The notes beneath the pieces are model-generated. The model saw nothing but the letters and a program-made list of their open reading frames with translations, was not told the origin of the DNA and made no database searches. From Nannocystis sp. (GTDB lineage: Bacteria; Myxococcota_A; Polyangia; Nannocystales; Nannocystaceae): a DNA stretch of 64,000 bases. Position 1 is the stretch's first letter; every line of letters starts with the position of its first letter. Location of the stretch: assembly GCF_016717175.1 (NCBI RefSeq), contig NZ_JADKFZ010000004.1; one strand, written 5' to 3'. This document shows positions 9,810 through 19,145 of this stretch, piece by piece. Position numbers and translations under genes: made by a program.

Positions 9810-10853
9810 TCAGGGCTTGCTGGTGGGCTCGGGCGCGGGTGCGGGCGCGGGCGGGGCGGCAGCGGGCGGGGCAGTTGCATCGCTCGGGGCAGCTGCATCG
9901 CTCGGGCCTGCTGCCGACGCCGGGGTTGGCGTGGGCGGGGCCACCTTGCCGTCGACGAAGCGCGGGGCGTCGGGGCGGAGGCCGTGCGGGACCTCGACGC
10001 GCTCACCGATCGTGACGAGGTCGCCGTAGCGGAGGATGTTGACGCGCGCGAGCAGGTCGGCGAACTCCCACGAGCTCTCGTAGTTGATGGCGCCGGGGAA
10101 CTCGACCTTGCCGTCCTTGTCGGGCTTCGGGAGCTCGGCCTTGAAGGTCTTGGTGGGCGGGCCGTAGAGGCGGGTGAAGTTGGCGCTGGTCTCCTCGAAG
10201 TCCTTGAGCGCGAGGGCCTGATCCTTGTGGGTGCGCTGGTAGGAGGCGTGGCGCAGCGGGTAGCTGGCGTCGTCGAAGACGTAGAGGAGGCGGCCCGTCG
10301 AGGGCGTGCGGGCGCGGTCGCCGAGCTGGTCGCTGGAGACCTTGGGGCAGCTGAAGCGCAGCTGCGGGTTGGCCTCCCGCTTGCTGCGCTTGTTGACCCA
10401 CGAGGCGGCGGTGACTGCATCCTCGCCGCGGGCCTTGGCGTCGGCGATGCGGGCCTTCTCGGACTCGCGGCGCTTGTCCATCATGGCCCGGATCGAGGTG
10501 TCGGCGCACTTGAGGTTGCGCTTGTAGACGAGGCTCTCGATCTCCGGGAACATCGAGCTGCCGATCGTGGCCTCGAAGGCGACGGTGACCGGGGCGCGCG
10601 GGCCGGGGCCGGGGTCCTTGAACTCGAACTTCCACGCCTCGGGCGCCTGGCCGGGCAGCAGCGAGGACAGGCCGGCGAGCGGGTTCTTGTCGGTTGTGGG
10701 CGCGGTGTTCTCGGCGGGCGGCGGGGCCTGGGGCGTGGGCTCGCTGCAGGCGAGGAGGCCGAGCGCGAGGCCCGTGACGCCGACGAGGCCGGCGAAGTGA
10801 ACGAGGCCAGGGACAGGAACGGAGCGGGTGCGCGAGCGGAGCGATGGGTGCAT
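9810..10853 (-). CDS. Hypothetical lipoprotein
   Basis: ATG at 10853 gives a signal peptide with lipobox (MHPSLRSR...GLALGLLACS). Low-complexity P/A-rich C-terminal tail. Sits in an operon with the upstream globin-like lipoprotein. Confidence 0.6.
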   Translation of the reverse strand: MHPSLRSRTRSVPVPGLVHFAGLVGVTGLALGLLACSEPTPQAPPPAENTAPTTDKNPLAGLSSLLPGQAPEAWKFEFKDPGPGPRAPVTVAFEATIGSSMFPEIESLVYKRNLKCADTSIRAMMDKRRESEKARIADAKARGEDAVTAASWVNKRSKREANPQLRFSCPKVSSDQLGDRARTPSTGRLLYVFDDASYPLRHASYQRTHKDQALALKDFEETSANFTRLYGPPTKTFKAELPKPDKDGKVEFPGAINYESSWEFADLLARVNILRYGDLVTIGERVEVPHGLRPDAPRFVDGKVAPPTPTPASAAGPSDAAAPSDATAPPAAAPPAPAPAPEPTSKP

Positions 10854-10954
10854 GGCCAGGGGTGAAGCTACCCAAAGTGCGGCGAAACGGAAAGCGCCGC
10901 CGGAAAGCGCCGCCGTCGGCACGAGGTCGACGGCGGCGCGCGGAGGGCGAAGCC

Positions 10955-12013
10955 CTAGCACTTGTCGGGGTCGACGGTGACGATGTCGGCGCACAGCGGG
11001 CCGAGGGCGCCGGCGATGGCGTTCTGGTCGTCGGGGGTCACGCCCTTGTTGGTCATGGCGGTGAAGAGGTGACCGACGAGGGCGTCGAAGTCGGCCTTCT
11101 CGATGCCCATGGCCATCCCGTCGAGGAGGTCCTTGTGCGAGGTGATCATGTCGAGGCAGGGCTTGGCGGCGCCGACGTTTGGATCGGCGGGGGCCGGGGC
11201 GTCGACCTCCTTGCCGTAGATGTCGGCGATCGGCTTGGCGCCGCCGACGGTGGCGCTGGCGACCTGGCGGACCAGGCAGGTCTTGAGGCGCGTGAGGTCC
11301 GAGGTGGCGAAGAAGCTGTTGATGGTCGCGTCCATGGCCACGAGGGGGACGAAGCTGTCGGCGTCGTCGATGCCGCCGATGACGCTGGCGATGCCGGGCT
11401 TGCGGCCGATCCGCTGGTAGACCGTGACGTCGTTGTTGGCGTCCTCGACGATGTCGGGGGCCATGCCGGCGAGCACGTCGATCACGGCGGCCTTGTCCTC
11501 GGCCGTGAGGGTCGCGACCTCGTCCATCGCCGCGCCGAAGTCGGTGGCGAGGTCGGTGAAGTCGGCGGTCGAGATGCCCATGCCCGCGTGGGCGGTCTTC
11601 ATGTCCATGCAGCCGTAGACGACGCCGGCGCAGCCGACCGCCGCGCCGACCTGGGTCGCGAGGCAGTTGGTGAGGTTGCCGCCGTCGACGTCGGTGGTGA
11701 GGAAGTAGGCGTTGATGCCCTCGTTGACGAGGACCTTGCCCACGAAGCTGTTGATCACGGCCTCGACGCCGGCCTGGCCGCCGAAGTTGGTGCAGATCGG
11801 GCCGTCGGCGGGCTCACCGGTGGAGCCGCTGCCGGTCGGGGTGTCGGTGGCGCTGCCGGTCGGGGTGTCGGTGGCGCTGGCCGTCTCGGTCGCGCTGGTC
11901 GGGCTGCCGGAGGTGCTTGCGTTTTCGGTGTCGTCGCCGCCGCCAACCACGCAGGCTGGCAGGAGGCCAACGGCGCCGACGAGGGCGAGGGATGTGAAGA
12001 TTCGAAGGGCCAT
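10955..12013 (-). CDS. Lipoprotein with two truncated-hemoglobin (2/2 globin, group I-like) domains
   Basis: ATG at 12013 preceded by AGGAGAAG. Lipobox signal peptide (MALRIFTSLALVGAVGLLPACV). Two repeats carry the trHb F-helix-like motif (DMKTAHAGMGISTADF and DGMAMGIEKADFDALV). Confidence 0.6.
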   Translation of the reverse strand: MALRIFTSLALVGAVGLLPACVVGGGDDTENASTSGSPTSATETASATDTPTGSATDTPTGSGSTGEPADGPICTNFGGQAGVEAVINSFVGKVLVNEGINAYFLTTDVDGGNLTNCLATQVGAAVGCAGVVYGCMDMKTAHAGMGISTADFTDLATDFGAAMDEVATLTAEDKAAVIDVLAGMAPDIVEDANNDVTVYQRIGRKPGIASVIGGIDDADSFVPLVAMDATINSFFATSDLTRLKTCLVRQVASATVGGAKPIADIYGKEVDAPAPADPNVGAAKPCLDMITSHKDLLDGMAMGIEKADFDALVGHLFTAMTNKGVTPDDQNAIAGALGPLCADIVTVDPDKC

Positions 12014-12347
12014 GGGTTCAACTTCTCCTGGGTTAGTGGGTCGCAAGGTGCTTCGCGGGCGAACGCGGCCGGAGGACCCCGCGAGCGGGTCCGGCGTCCA
12101 AGAATGTGTCATGCGCTGCAGCGTCGCCCGGGCGCGAAGTACCTCCGCCCGCGGGCCAGTGTGCCACGGGTCGAGGGGCGAGTGCGTGTCGTGGGCCGCG
12201 TCGAGCTCGCGCTGGTGCGCTGGCAGTTGCGAGCGCGGCGCCGATGCGCAGCGGCTTGCGCGGGGTGTGGCGTGAGGGGCGGCGAGGATCATGGTCGCGG
12301 AGGTGCAGCGCCACGGCGTGGCCCGGGCGGCGGATCGCCGCGAGGGA

Positions 12348-12803
12348 TCAGCCGCGGCCGAGCATGATCCGCGCGCCGGCGATGAGCTGCTTGAGCTCCG
12401 GATCGGCGACGGCATCGAGCGCGCGACGGGTCTCCTCGTCGGGCTCGGGCGAGAAGCGGGGCGCTGGCAGGGGCGGCGGGAGCTGCGTCTCGGGCGGGCG
12501 GCGGATCGCCAGGGGCGGGACCTCGCCGAGCCGGACACGCAGGCTACGCAGGCGAATGCCAGGCGCGAGCTCGCCGAGGCGGCGCAGCAGATCCTGGCGC
12601 AGATAGGTCAGTTCGTGTAGCCACTGGCTGTCATGCACGTTCAAGGTGAGCAGATCGCCGGAGACGCTGGCGGGCCAGCTGTGGGCCTCGAGGGCGGCGC
12701 CGCCGGGGCCGGCGATCCGCGGCCACAGCTCGCGCACCTGCATGAGGCGGATGGTGTCGTCGCCGACGTGGCGGCGCACGAGCTCCCACAGCGCCGCGGC
12801 CAT
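12348..12803 (-). CDS. DUF721 / DciA-like protein
   Basis: The core (LWPRIAGPGGAALEAHSWPASVSGDLLTLNVHDSQWLHELTYLRQDLLRRL) matches the DUF721 consensus (WPEIVGP..A.HT.P..L..G.L.V.V.SS.WAQEL). ATG at 12803 chosen, start uncertain. Confidence 0.5.
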   Translation of the reverse strand: MAAALWELVRRHVGDDTIRLMQVRELWPRIAGPGGAALEAHSWPASVSGDLLTLNVHDSQWLHELTYLRQDLLRRLGELAPGIRLRSLRVRLGEVPPLAIRRPPETQLPPPLPAPRFSPEPDEETRRALDAVADPELKQLIAGARIMLGRG

Positions 12804-13253
12804 GGGCGAGGGGGCCTGGGGTCTTCCACGGGCGCGGGCGCGGGCCATGTCCGGGCAATCTGCCACATCCTCGCGGCGCTGGTGGTGCTGGCGGGGGGCT
12901 GCGCCGGGGACGGGGCGTGGCGACGGGTGTCGTCCTCGGCCTGCGCGCCCGATGGGCCGCCGCGGCTGTGTGTGTTGGCGGGGCCGGACGCGCCGCAGGT
13001 GCTGCGGATCGGCGGCGCGGCGCTGGTGCCGGGCGAGTGCGCGGAGGGCTCACGCGCCCGCGGTGGCCGTGTTCGCGTCGAGGTCGGCGATGGTCGAGAC
13101 GGTGGTCGAGACGGTGGTCGCGTGGCCCGGCGCGTGCGGCTGCGTCGGGGGGAGACGGCGATGCTGGCGGCGCCCGCGGGGGAGATCGCGGTCTACGAGC
13201 GCCGGGCCTGCGTCGCGGGGCCGTGAGCGAAGGGCCGGGCGCGGTCGGGAACT

Positions 13254-13375
13254 CAGGTGCGAAGGTCCCGAGGGACAGGTGCGAAGGGGCAGGTCCCGAG
13301 GGACAGGTGCGAAGGGGCAGGTTGCAACGGACAGGTGCGAATGCGCATGTCCCGAGGGACAGGTGATCGGGAGCA
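13254..13375. repeat. Cluster of REP-like palindromic repeats (GTCCCGAGGGACAGG units, about 29-bp period x3.5) immediately 3' of the lipoprotein gene
   Basis: Direct reading: ggtcccgagggacaggtgcgaaggggca repeated. Member of the CTGTCC-N-GGACAG family seen elsewhere in the window. Confidence 0.7.
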
Positions 13376-13380
13376 GGCTG

Positions 13381-14913
13381 TCAGCGCGGGAGCAGGCGGG
13401 CGTCGCGAGCGGCGAGGGCGAAGGCGCGGCGGCGGGCGTCGTCGCTGGCCGGGCTGTCGTCGATCGGGGCGGCGGCGGCGACGCGGAGGCGCAGGCCGGC
13501 GAGGCTCTCGTCGTCGAGGCGGGCCAGGAGATCGAGGAGCAGGCCGACGCGCATGGGATCGCGGGCGGGGGCGTCGAGCTCGCGGCGGAGCAGGGCGCGG
13601 GCGGCGTCGGGGCGGTCGCGCAGCAGCAGCGCGGCGCGGGCGAGGGCGTGGCGGCGGGTGAGCTCGGTGGGGCTGTTGGCGGCGGCGGTGGCGGTGGTGG
13701 TCGCCGTGGGGCTGCTCGCGGCGGTGCGCAGCCAGGTCGCGGCGAGCTCGGCGATCGCCTGGTCTTCGGGCCAGGTGAGGGGGACGCGGGGCGGTAGGGG
13801 GCGGCTGCCCTGCTCGGGCGGCGCGGGGCTCAGGGCGCGGGTCTCGTCGATGCGGCGCTCGAGCAGGTCGGCGTACTCGAGGAGGTCGCGGTCGGCGAGC
13901 TGGGCGCGCAGCATCTCGGCGACGGGGGCGACGCCGTGCGGGCTCGGGGGTTCGCCGGCGAGGAAGAGGGCGCGCTGGAACACGAGCTCGACGAAGCGGT
14001 GGTCGAACAGGCGGTCGAACTCGTGGAGGAGGGGGAGCAGGGCGCTTGGGCCCGGGCCGCCGCTGCGGGCGAGGCGTTCGGCGACGCCGCTGCCCTGGAG
14101 GTGTCGGCGGGTGCGCTGGTGTTCGACGGCGAGGAGGGCGTCGGCGCTGAAGTGAGGCGTGCGCTCGAGGGCGAGGACGGTGGTGAGGAGCTGGGCTTCG
14201 GTGCTGGCGAACAGGGCCTCGAGGCCGGCGACGCGGCGTTGCCAGTACATGCGACACAGCTCGCGGCCGAAGTGGAGGAAGCGACCGGCGAGCACGCGGG
14301 CGAGCGGGGGCAGGGGCTCGTCGGCGAGGCCGAGCTGCAGGAGGGCCTCGTGGTGGACGCGGGCGAGGTAGGCGGTGGCGCGGGTGCGTTGGTCCTGGGA
14401 CAGGCCGCTCTGGGTCTGCTGGACGATCGCCAGCTGCACGGCGGCCAGCACCGCGTCGGTGACCGGGCTGACGGTGGCGGTGACGGGGTCGGGGAGCTCG
14501 GTGAGCGGGGCGAGGCTGGGGTCGGCGCGATCGAGGGCGACGAGGCGGGCGATGCCGGCGAGGTCGGGGGTGGCGGCGAGGCGGGGGGCGAGGGCGGCGG
14601 CGGCGGCGGGCGAGTCGGCCATGCGCAGGGCGTGGCGGAGGATCGCGGGGGTCGTGGGCGTGGTCGGGCAGAGGTCGAGGAGGATCGCGGCGTCGGGTGG
14701 GTGCACGGCGGCGGCGACGGCGAGCTGCTCGCAGGTGTCGATGCGCGCGGGCAGGGCGGCGGGCGCGGGGGCGGCAGGTGGTGGGACGGCGGCGACGGTG
14801 TGGCGCGCGAGCGGCTCGGGCAGGCCGGTGGGGTCGGGCTCGTCGGCGCAGGCCGACAGGGCGACCAGCGAGGCGACCAGCGAGGCGAGGACGAGGCGGC
14901 GCATGCGAATCAC
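13381..14913 (-). CDS. Hypothetical lipoprotein (510 aa)
   Basis: Signal peptide with lipobox (MIRMRRLVLASLVASLVALSAC). Helical, non-repetitive body. GTG start overlaps the stop of the PilZ gene (GTGA). Confidence 0.6.
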   Translation of the reverse strand: MIRMRRLVLASLVASLVALSACADEPDPTGLPEPLARHTVAAVPPPAAPAPAALPARIDTCEQLAVAAAVHPPDAAILLDLCPTTPTTPAILRHALRMADSPAAAAALAPRLAATPDLAGIARLVALDRADPSLAPLTELPDPVTATVSPVTDAVLAAVQLAIVQQTQSGLSQDQRTRATAYLARVHHEALLQLGLADEPLPPLARVLAGRFLHFGRELCRMYWQRRVAGLEALFASTEAQLLTTVLALERTPHFSADALLAVEHQRTRRHLQGSGVAERLARSGGPGPSALLPLLHEFDRLFDHRFVELVFQRALFLAGEPPSPHGVAPVAEMLRAQLADRDLLEYADLLERRIDETRALSPAPPEQGSRPLPPRVPLTWPEDQAIAELAATWLRTAASSPTATTTATAAANSPTELTRRHALARAALLLRDRPDAARALLRRELDAPARDPMRVGLLLDLLARLDDESLAGLRLRVAAAAPIDDSPASDDARRRAFALAARDARLLPR

Positions 14914-15527
14914 TCGTCGACGAGGCGGCGGATGACCTCGCGGAGGCGGGTGACGCCGCCCATGTCGCGGGCCATGAACTCGATGCCGGCGCCGTGCTCG
15001 TGATCGGTGTTGCGAATGATCGCCTGGACCTCGAGCGGGCGGGCGCTGCCGGGGGGCGTGATCTCGACGATGAGCTCCTCGCCGACGGTGAGCGGGGTCG
15101 GCGTGAGCAGCAGGGCGCCGACCTCGGAGATCTCGGAGATGGTGGCGGCGGTGAAGTCGGACTCGCCCTGACGGCGCAGGCGGATCTCGACGAGCACGGG
15201 CTGACGGATGTGGCGGCGGCGCTGGTCGAACTTCGTGCGGCCGCTCGCGACATCACGCAGGAACTGCAGCTTGCGCCACTCGCTGCCGACGCAGCGGAGC
15301 ACCCCGCCGGCGCGCACGCGCAGGCGCGGGCGGGCGTTGTGCCACTTCTTGCCGACGGCGCGGACCATCAGCTTGCCGGGCAGGCCGGTGAAGAAGACCT
15401 CGCAGAGCAGCTCCTCGCCGGGCTCGAAGCGCTCGGTGGTGTAGACCTGCAGGCCCTGCTCCTCGCTGGGGAGCAGCGCGGCGATGAAGGCCTCTCCGGA
15501 GAGGTAGTGACAGCGGATTCTTCGCAA
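14910..15527 (-). CDS. PilZ-domain protein (YcgR-N-like plus PilZ)
   Basis: PilZ c-di-GMP motifs RRRHIR...D-x-S-x-x-G (QRRRHIRQPVLVEIRL ... TISEISEVGALLLT). No ATG is available, so a TTG at 15527 is proposed. Upstream part of the listed 496-aa ORF is rejected. Confidence 0.55.
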   Translation of the reverse strand: MRRIRCHYLSGEAFIAALLPSEEQGLQVYTTERFEPGEELLCEVFFTGLPGKLMVRAVGKKWHNARPRLRVRAGGVLRCVGSEWRKLQFLRDVASGRTKFDQRRRHIRQPVLVEIRLRRQGESDFTAATISEISEVGALLLTPTPLTVGEELIVEITPPGSARPLEVQAIIRNTDHEHGAGIEFMARDMGGVTRLREVIRRLVDE

Positions 15528-15620
15528 CGTGGAGTACGGTCCTGGTGCCCGGCGTGGGCGAGAGGCGATGCTCGTCGGCCGGCAAGGTAACAGCACCGGG
15601 CTCGCGCTCGCAAGCGCGGC

Positions 15621-15775
15621 GAGCGAGGATCGGCGCGGGCCGACGCGCGTGAGCGGCGCAGGCGGATCTTGCGGACCACGAGCGGCGGGCGCCGCGAGCG
15701 AGGATCGGCGCGGGCCGACGCGCGTGAGCGGCGCAGGCGGGTCTTGTGGTGTGGCGGGGCGGCGGGTCTTGCGGC
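15621..15775. repeat. Two copies of a ~56-bp direct repeat in the divergent promoter region between the PilZ and GT2 genes
   Basis: gcgagcgaggatcggcgcgggccgacgcgcgtgagcggcgcaggcggatcttgcgg occurs at 15621 and again at 15695 with 2-3 mismatches. A third partial copy (gggtcttgcgg) follows. Confidence 0.7.
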
Positions 15776-15803
15776 GGGGCGGGGCGGCTGCCAAGGTGGC
15801 GGC

Positions 15804-16529
15804 GTGTCCGAGCCGAGCGAGCAGCGGCCGCTGGTCCTGATCCCGACGTACAACGAACGCGAGAACCTCGCGGCGATCGTGGCGGCGACGCTGGTCGCGT
15901 TGCCGACGGGGCGGATCCTCGTGATCGACGACGCGAGCCCCGACGGGACGGGCGCGCTGGCCGACGAGCTCGCGCTCGCCGAGCCGCGGGTGTCGGTGCT
16001 GCACCGGGCGGGCAAGCAGGGGCTCGGGCGGGCGTACCTCGACGGGTTTCGGCGCGGGCTCGCGGACCCGTGGCGGGCGACGCACTTCGTCAGCATGGAC
16101 GCCGACTTCTCGCACGATCCGAAGTACCTGCCGGGGTTGCTGGCGGCGTGCGCGGCCGGGGCCGACGTGGCGATCGGGTCGCGCTACGTCCGCGGCGGGG
16201 GCACGGTCGACTGGGGCTTCGGGCGGCGGCTGATCTCGCGGGCGGGCGGGCTGTACGCGCGGGCCCTGCTGGGCGTGCCGGTGCGCGACGTGACGGCGGG
16301 CTTCGTGTGCTACGCGCGGGCCGTGCTCGAGGACCTCGATCTCGCGGCGGTGGCGGCCAGCGGCTATGGGTTTCAGATCGAGATGAAGCACCGGGCGCAC
16401 CGCCGCGGCTTCGTGCTGCGCGAGCTGCCGATCGTGTTTCCGGACCGTACGCGCGGGACCTCGAAGATGACGCCAGCGATCGCGGCCGAGGCGCTGCGGC
16501 TGGTGTGGCGGCTGCGGCGAGCGGCGTGA
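15804..16529 (+). CDS. GT2 polyprenol/dolichol-phosphate mannosyltransferase-like glycosyltransferase
   Basis: VLIPTYNEREN...VIDDASPDGT...DADFSHDP motifs. GTG start at 15804 preceded by AAGGTGG. Confidence 0.85.
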   Translation: MSEPSEQRPLVLIPTYNERENLAAIVAATLVALPTGRILVIDDASPDGTGALADELALAEPRVSVLHRAGKQGLGRAYLDGFRRGLADPWRATHFVSMDADFSHDPKYLPGLLAACAAGADVAIGSRYVRGGGTVDWGFGRRLISRAGGLYARALLGVPVRDVTAGFVCYARAVLEDLDLAAVAASGYGFQIEMKHRAHRRGFVLRELPIVFPDRTRGTSKMTPAIAAEALRLVWRLRRAA

Positions 16530-16545
16530 GCGGAAGGAGTGAGGC

Positions 16546-17439
16546 GTGGCGAGTAAGGTCTATCTGTCCAGCGCGGGGCGTGTGCTCGATCCAGGGGAGG
16601 CGAGCGTCAGCGTGTTCGACCGCGGGTTCCTCTACGGCGACAGCGTGTACGAGACGCTGCGTACGGCGGGCGGGCGCCCGGTCGAGCTGGCGCGCCACCT
16701 CGATCGCCTGCGCCGCAGCGCGCTGGGGATCGGGCTCGAGATCCCGTTCACGGACGTGGCGTTGCGGGCGGCGATCGCCGAGACGCACGCGGCCTCGGGC
16801 AACGCCGACAGCTACGTGCGGGTGATCGTGACCCGCGGGACGGGGCCGCTGATGCTCGACCCGCGGGTGTCGTCGTCGCCGCTGCTGGTGGTGCTGGTGC
16901 AGGAGCTGAAGCTGCCGACGGCGGCCCTGTACGAGGCGGGGCTGTCGGTGCGCATCGTCGATGTGCACAAGATCAGCGCGCGCTCGCTGGACCCGACGCT
17001 GAAGACGGGCAACTACCTCAACAGCATCCAGGCGCTGCGGCAGGCGGCCGAGAGCGCGGCCGAGGACGCGATCCTGTGCAGCCCCGCGGGCGACGTGGCC
17101 GAGGGGGCGACCAGCAACGTGTTCATGGTCCGCGCGGGCGAGCTGCTGACGCCGGCGCTGGCGACCGGGCTGCTCGAGGGGATCACGCGGGCGCTGGTGC
17201 TGGCGCTGGCGACGGAGCTGGGGATCGGGTGGCGCGAGACGAAGATCTGGCCGGACGAGCTGCGGGCGGCGGACGAGGTGTTCCTGACCTCGTCGGTGCG
17301 CGGGGCGATGCCGGTGACGACGCTCGACGGGCAGCGGGTCGGCGCGGGCGGGGTCGGGCCGGTGACGCGGCGGATCTTGACGCGGTATCAGGCGTACATC
17401 GACGCGGTCGCGGGCGGGGCCGACGACCTGCTGCGCTGA
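16546..17439 (+). CDS. PLP fold-type IV aminotransferase (branched-chain / D-amino-acid aminotransferase or ADC lyase family)
   Basis: 297 aa, class IV aminotransferase pattern (FDRGFLYGDSVYET ... TSNVF ... G.TR). The 3' end lies in a 56-bp tandem duplication. Confidence 0.85.
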   Translation: MASKVYLSSAGRVLDPGEASVSVFDRGFLYGDSVYETLRTAGGRPVELARHLDRLRRSALGIGLEIPFTDVALRAAIAETHAASGNADSYVRVIVTRGTGPLMLDPRVSSSPLLVVLVQELKLPTAALYEAGLSVRIVDVHKISARSLDPTLKTGNYLNSIQALRQAAESAAEDAILCSPAGDVAEGATSNVFMVRAGELLTPALATGLLEGITRALVLALATELGIGWRETKIWPDELRAADEVFLTSSVRGAMPVTTLDGQRVGAGGVGPVTRRILTRYQAYIDAVAGGADDLLR

Positions 17440-17496
17440 GGCGGTATCAGGCGTACGTCGAGGTCGCGGGCGGGGTTGACGACCTGCTGCGCTGAC
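17382..17496. repeat. 56-bp tandem duplication spanning the last 19 codons plus stop of the aminotransferase gene
   Basis: gcggtatcaggcgtacatcgacgcggtcgcgggcggggccgacgacctgctgcgctga is repeated immediately, with 4 mismatches. Confidence 0.75.
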
Positions 17497-17497
17497 G

Positions 17498-19141
17498 TCA
17501 CGGGGCGTACTTGGTGAGCCAGACGTCGGCGAACTGGCCGACGCGGTACTCCTCGCCGGCGGCGTAGATGTGGCCGCTCGCGTCGATGGCGACGGCGCGG
17601 GCGATGTCGTTGCCGGCGTCGACGCCGTCGTGGATCTGCGTCCACAGCTCGTCGCCGGCGGGGCTGTGCTTGCGGACCCAGGTGCGGGCGAAGTCGTTGG
17701 CGGTGTACTCCTCGCCGACCGCGATGAGGTTGCCGCTGGCGTCGAAGGCGACGCCGTGGCCGATGTCGTTGTCGCCGCCGTCGCTGTCCTGGATCTTCGC
17801 CCACACCTCGAAGCCGGAGGCGTTGTACTTGGCGCTCAGGATCGCGGCGAGGCCGGCGACCTCGTAGACCTCGCCGACGAGGCCGATGTTGCCGTCGTTG
17901 TCGACGGCGACGGCGTGCCAGAGGTCGTTGCCCTTCATGTGGTCGGCGGTGCGGGTCCACAGCTCCTTGCCGGCGGCGGAGTACTTGCGCAGCCACAGGT
18001 CGGCGAGGCCGATCGGGACGTAGATGTTGCCGGCGACGATGAGGTCGCCGCCTTCGGTGAAGGCGACGGCGTTGCCGGCGTCGTTGCCGGCGTTGGCGTC
18101 GTAGGTGTCGGTCCAGATCTCGAGGCCGTCGGGGTCCATCAGGCGGGTCCAGACGTTGTGCAGGCCGATGAGCTTGTACTCCTCGCCGGTGACGGCGATG
18201 TTGCCCTGGGGATCGACGGCGACGCCGAAGGCGCGGTCGCCGAGGCCGGAGTCGCTGCTGTAGGTCATCTGCCACACGGGCTTGCTGTCGGGGCCGAGCT
18301 TGAGGAAGAGCATGTCGGCGCCGTCGCCCGCGACGTAGGTCTCGCCGACCATCACGAGGTCACCGTCGGGGGCGACCGCGACGGCGTGGAGGATGTCGTC
18401 GCCGTTGCTGTCGCCGTTCCAGCTGAAGCTCCACAGGATGTCGCCGTCGGGGCTGTACTTGCGGGCCCAGGCGTTGGCGTTCTCGCCGACGACGAACTCC
18501 TCGCCGACGATGATCACGTTGCCGTCGGCGTCGACCGCGGCCCCGCGGGCGCGGGCGTTGCCGGCGTCGTCGCCGGGGTAGTACTCCGTCCACAGCTCGC
18601 TGCCCGACTGGACGCAGTCGACGTTGCAGCCGTCGCCGTCGACGGCGTTGCCGTCGTCGCAGGCCTCCGGTCCGTTGACCTCGGCGTCGCCGCAGTGCGG
18701 GCCGAGGGCGCTGCAGTCGGGCAGGCAGCCGCCGTAGGCGCCGTCGTTGGTGCCGTCGTCGCAGGCCTCGGCGCCGTTGACCTCGCCGTCGCCGCAGACC
18801 GACTCGGGGCAGACGCAGGGGCCGAGCTCGTCGCCGCCGTCGCTGCAGGTCTGGGTGCCGACCTGGCCTTCGGGACAGTCGCAGGCGACGGTCTGGCCGG
18901 GCTCGCAGACGGGCGTGCCGCCGCTGCTGCTGCCCGCACTGGCGCTGGCGCTGGCGCTGGTGGTGGGGATGTCGCCGGTCGGGGTGTCGTCGCTGTCGCT
19001 GCTGGTGGTGGCGTTGCTCGTGCCGGTGCCGCTCTCGGAGGCGGAGGCGCTGCCGGAGGCGGAGCTGCTGTCGCCGCAGGCGGCGGCGAGGAGCAGGGTG
19101 GAGGCGAGGGTGGTGCGGGTGCGTGCGAGCATCGCCCGCAC
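17498..19141 (-). CDS. Lipoprotein with Myxococcus cysteine-rich repeats and beta-propeller-like repeats
   Basis: Signal peptide with lipobox (LLLAAACG). Three CGDGEVNGAEACDDGN-type repeats. Then about seven repeats of GNDIAxAVAxDASGNIxxAGEEY (propeller-like). Confidence 0.8.
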   Translation of the reverse strand: MRAMLARTRTTLASTLLLAAACGDSSSASGSASASESGTGTSNATTSSDSDDTPTGDIPTTSASASASAGSSSGGTPVCEPGQTVACDCPEGQVGTQTCSDGGDELGPCVCPESVCGDGEVNGAEACDDGTNDGAYGGCLPDCSALGPHCGDAEVNGPEACDDGNAVDGDGCNVDCVQSGSELWTEYYPGDDAGNARARGAAVDADGNVIIVGEEFVVGENANAWARKYSPDGDILWSFSWNGDSNGDDILHAVAVAPDGDLVMVGETYVAGDGADMLFLKLGPDSKPVWQMTYSSDSGLGDRAFGVAVDPQGNIAVTGEEYKLIGLHNVWTRLMDPDGLEIWTDTYDANAGNDAGNAVAFTEGGDLIVAGNIYVPIGLADLWLRKYSAAGKELWTRTADHMKGNDLWHAVAVDNDGNIGLVGEVYEVAGLAAILSAKYNASGFEVWAKIQDSDGGDNDIGHGVAFDASGNLIAVGEEYTANDFARTWVRKHSPAGDELWTQIHDGVDAGNDIARAVAIDASGHIYAAGEEYRVGQFADVWLTKYAP

Positions 19142-19145
19142 GATA

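Noticed and set aside
8298-10865. 855-aa plus-strand ORF
   Set aside because: Antisense to the AGCS symporter and the lipoprotein. G/A/D-rich
13253-15256. 667-aa minus-strand ORF (P/R-rich), and the plus-strand ORFs 13936-15003 and 14697-15590
   Set aside because: Extreme P/R/A composition. They overlap the credible lipoprotein and PilZ genes in other frames
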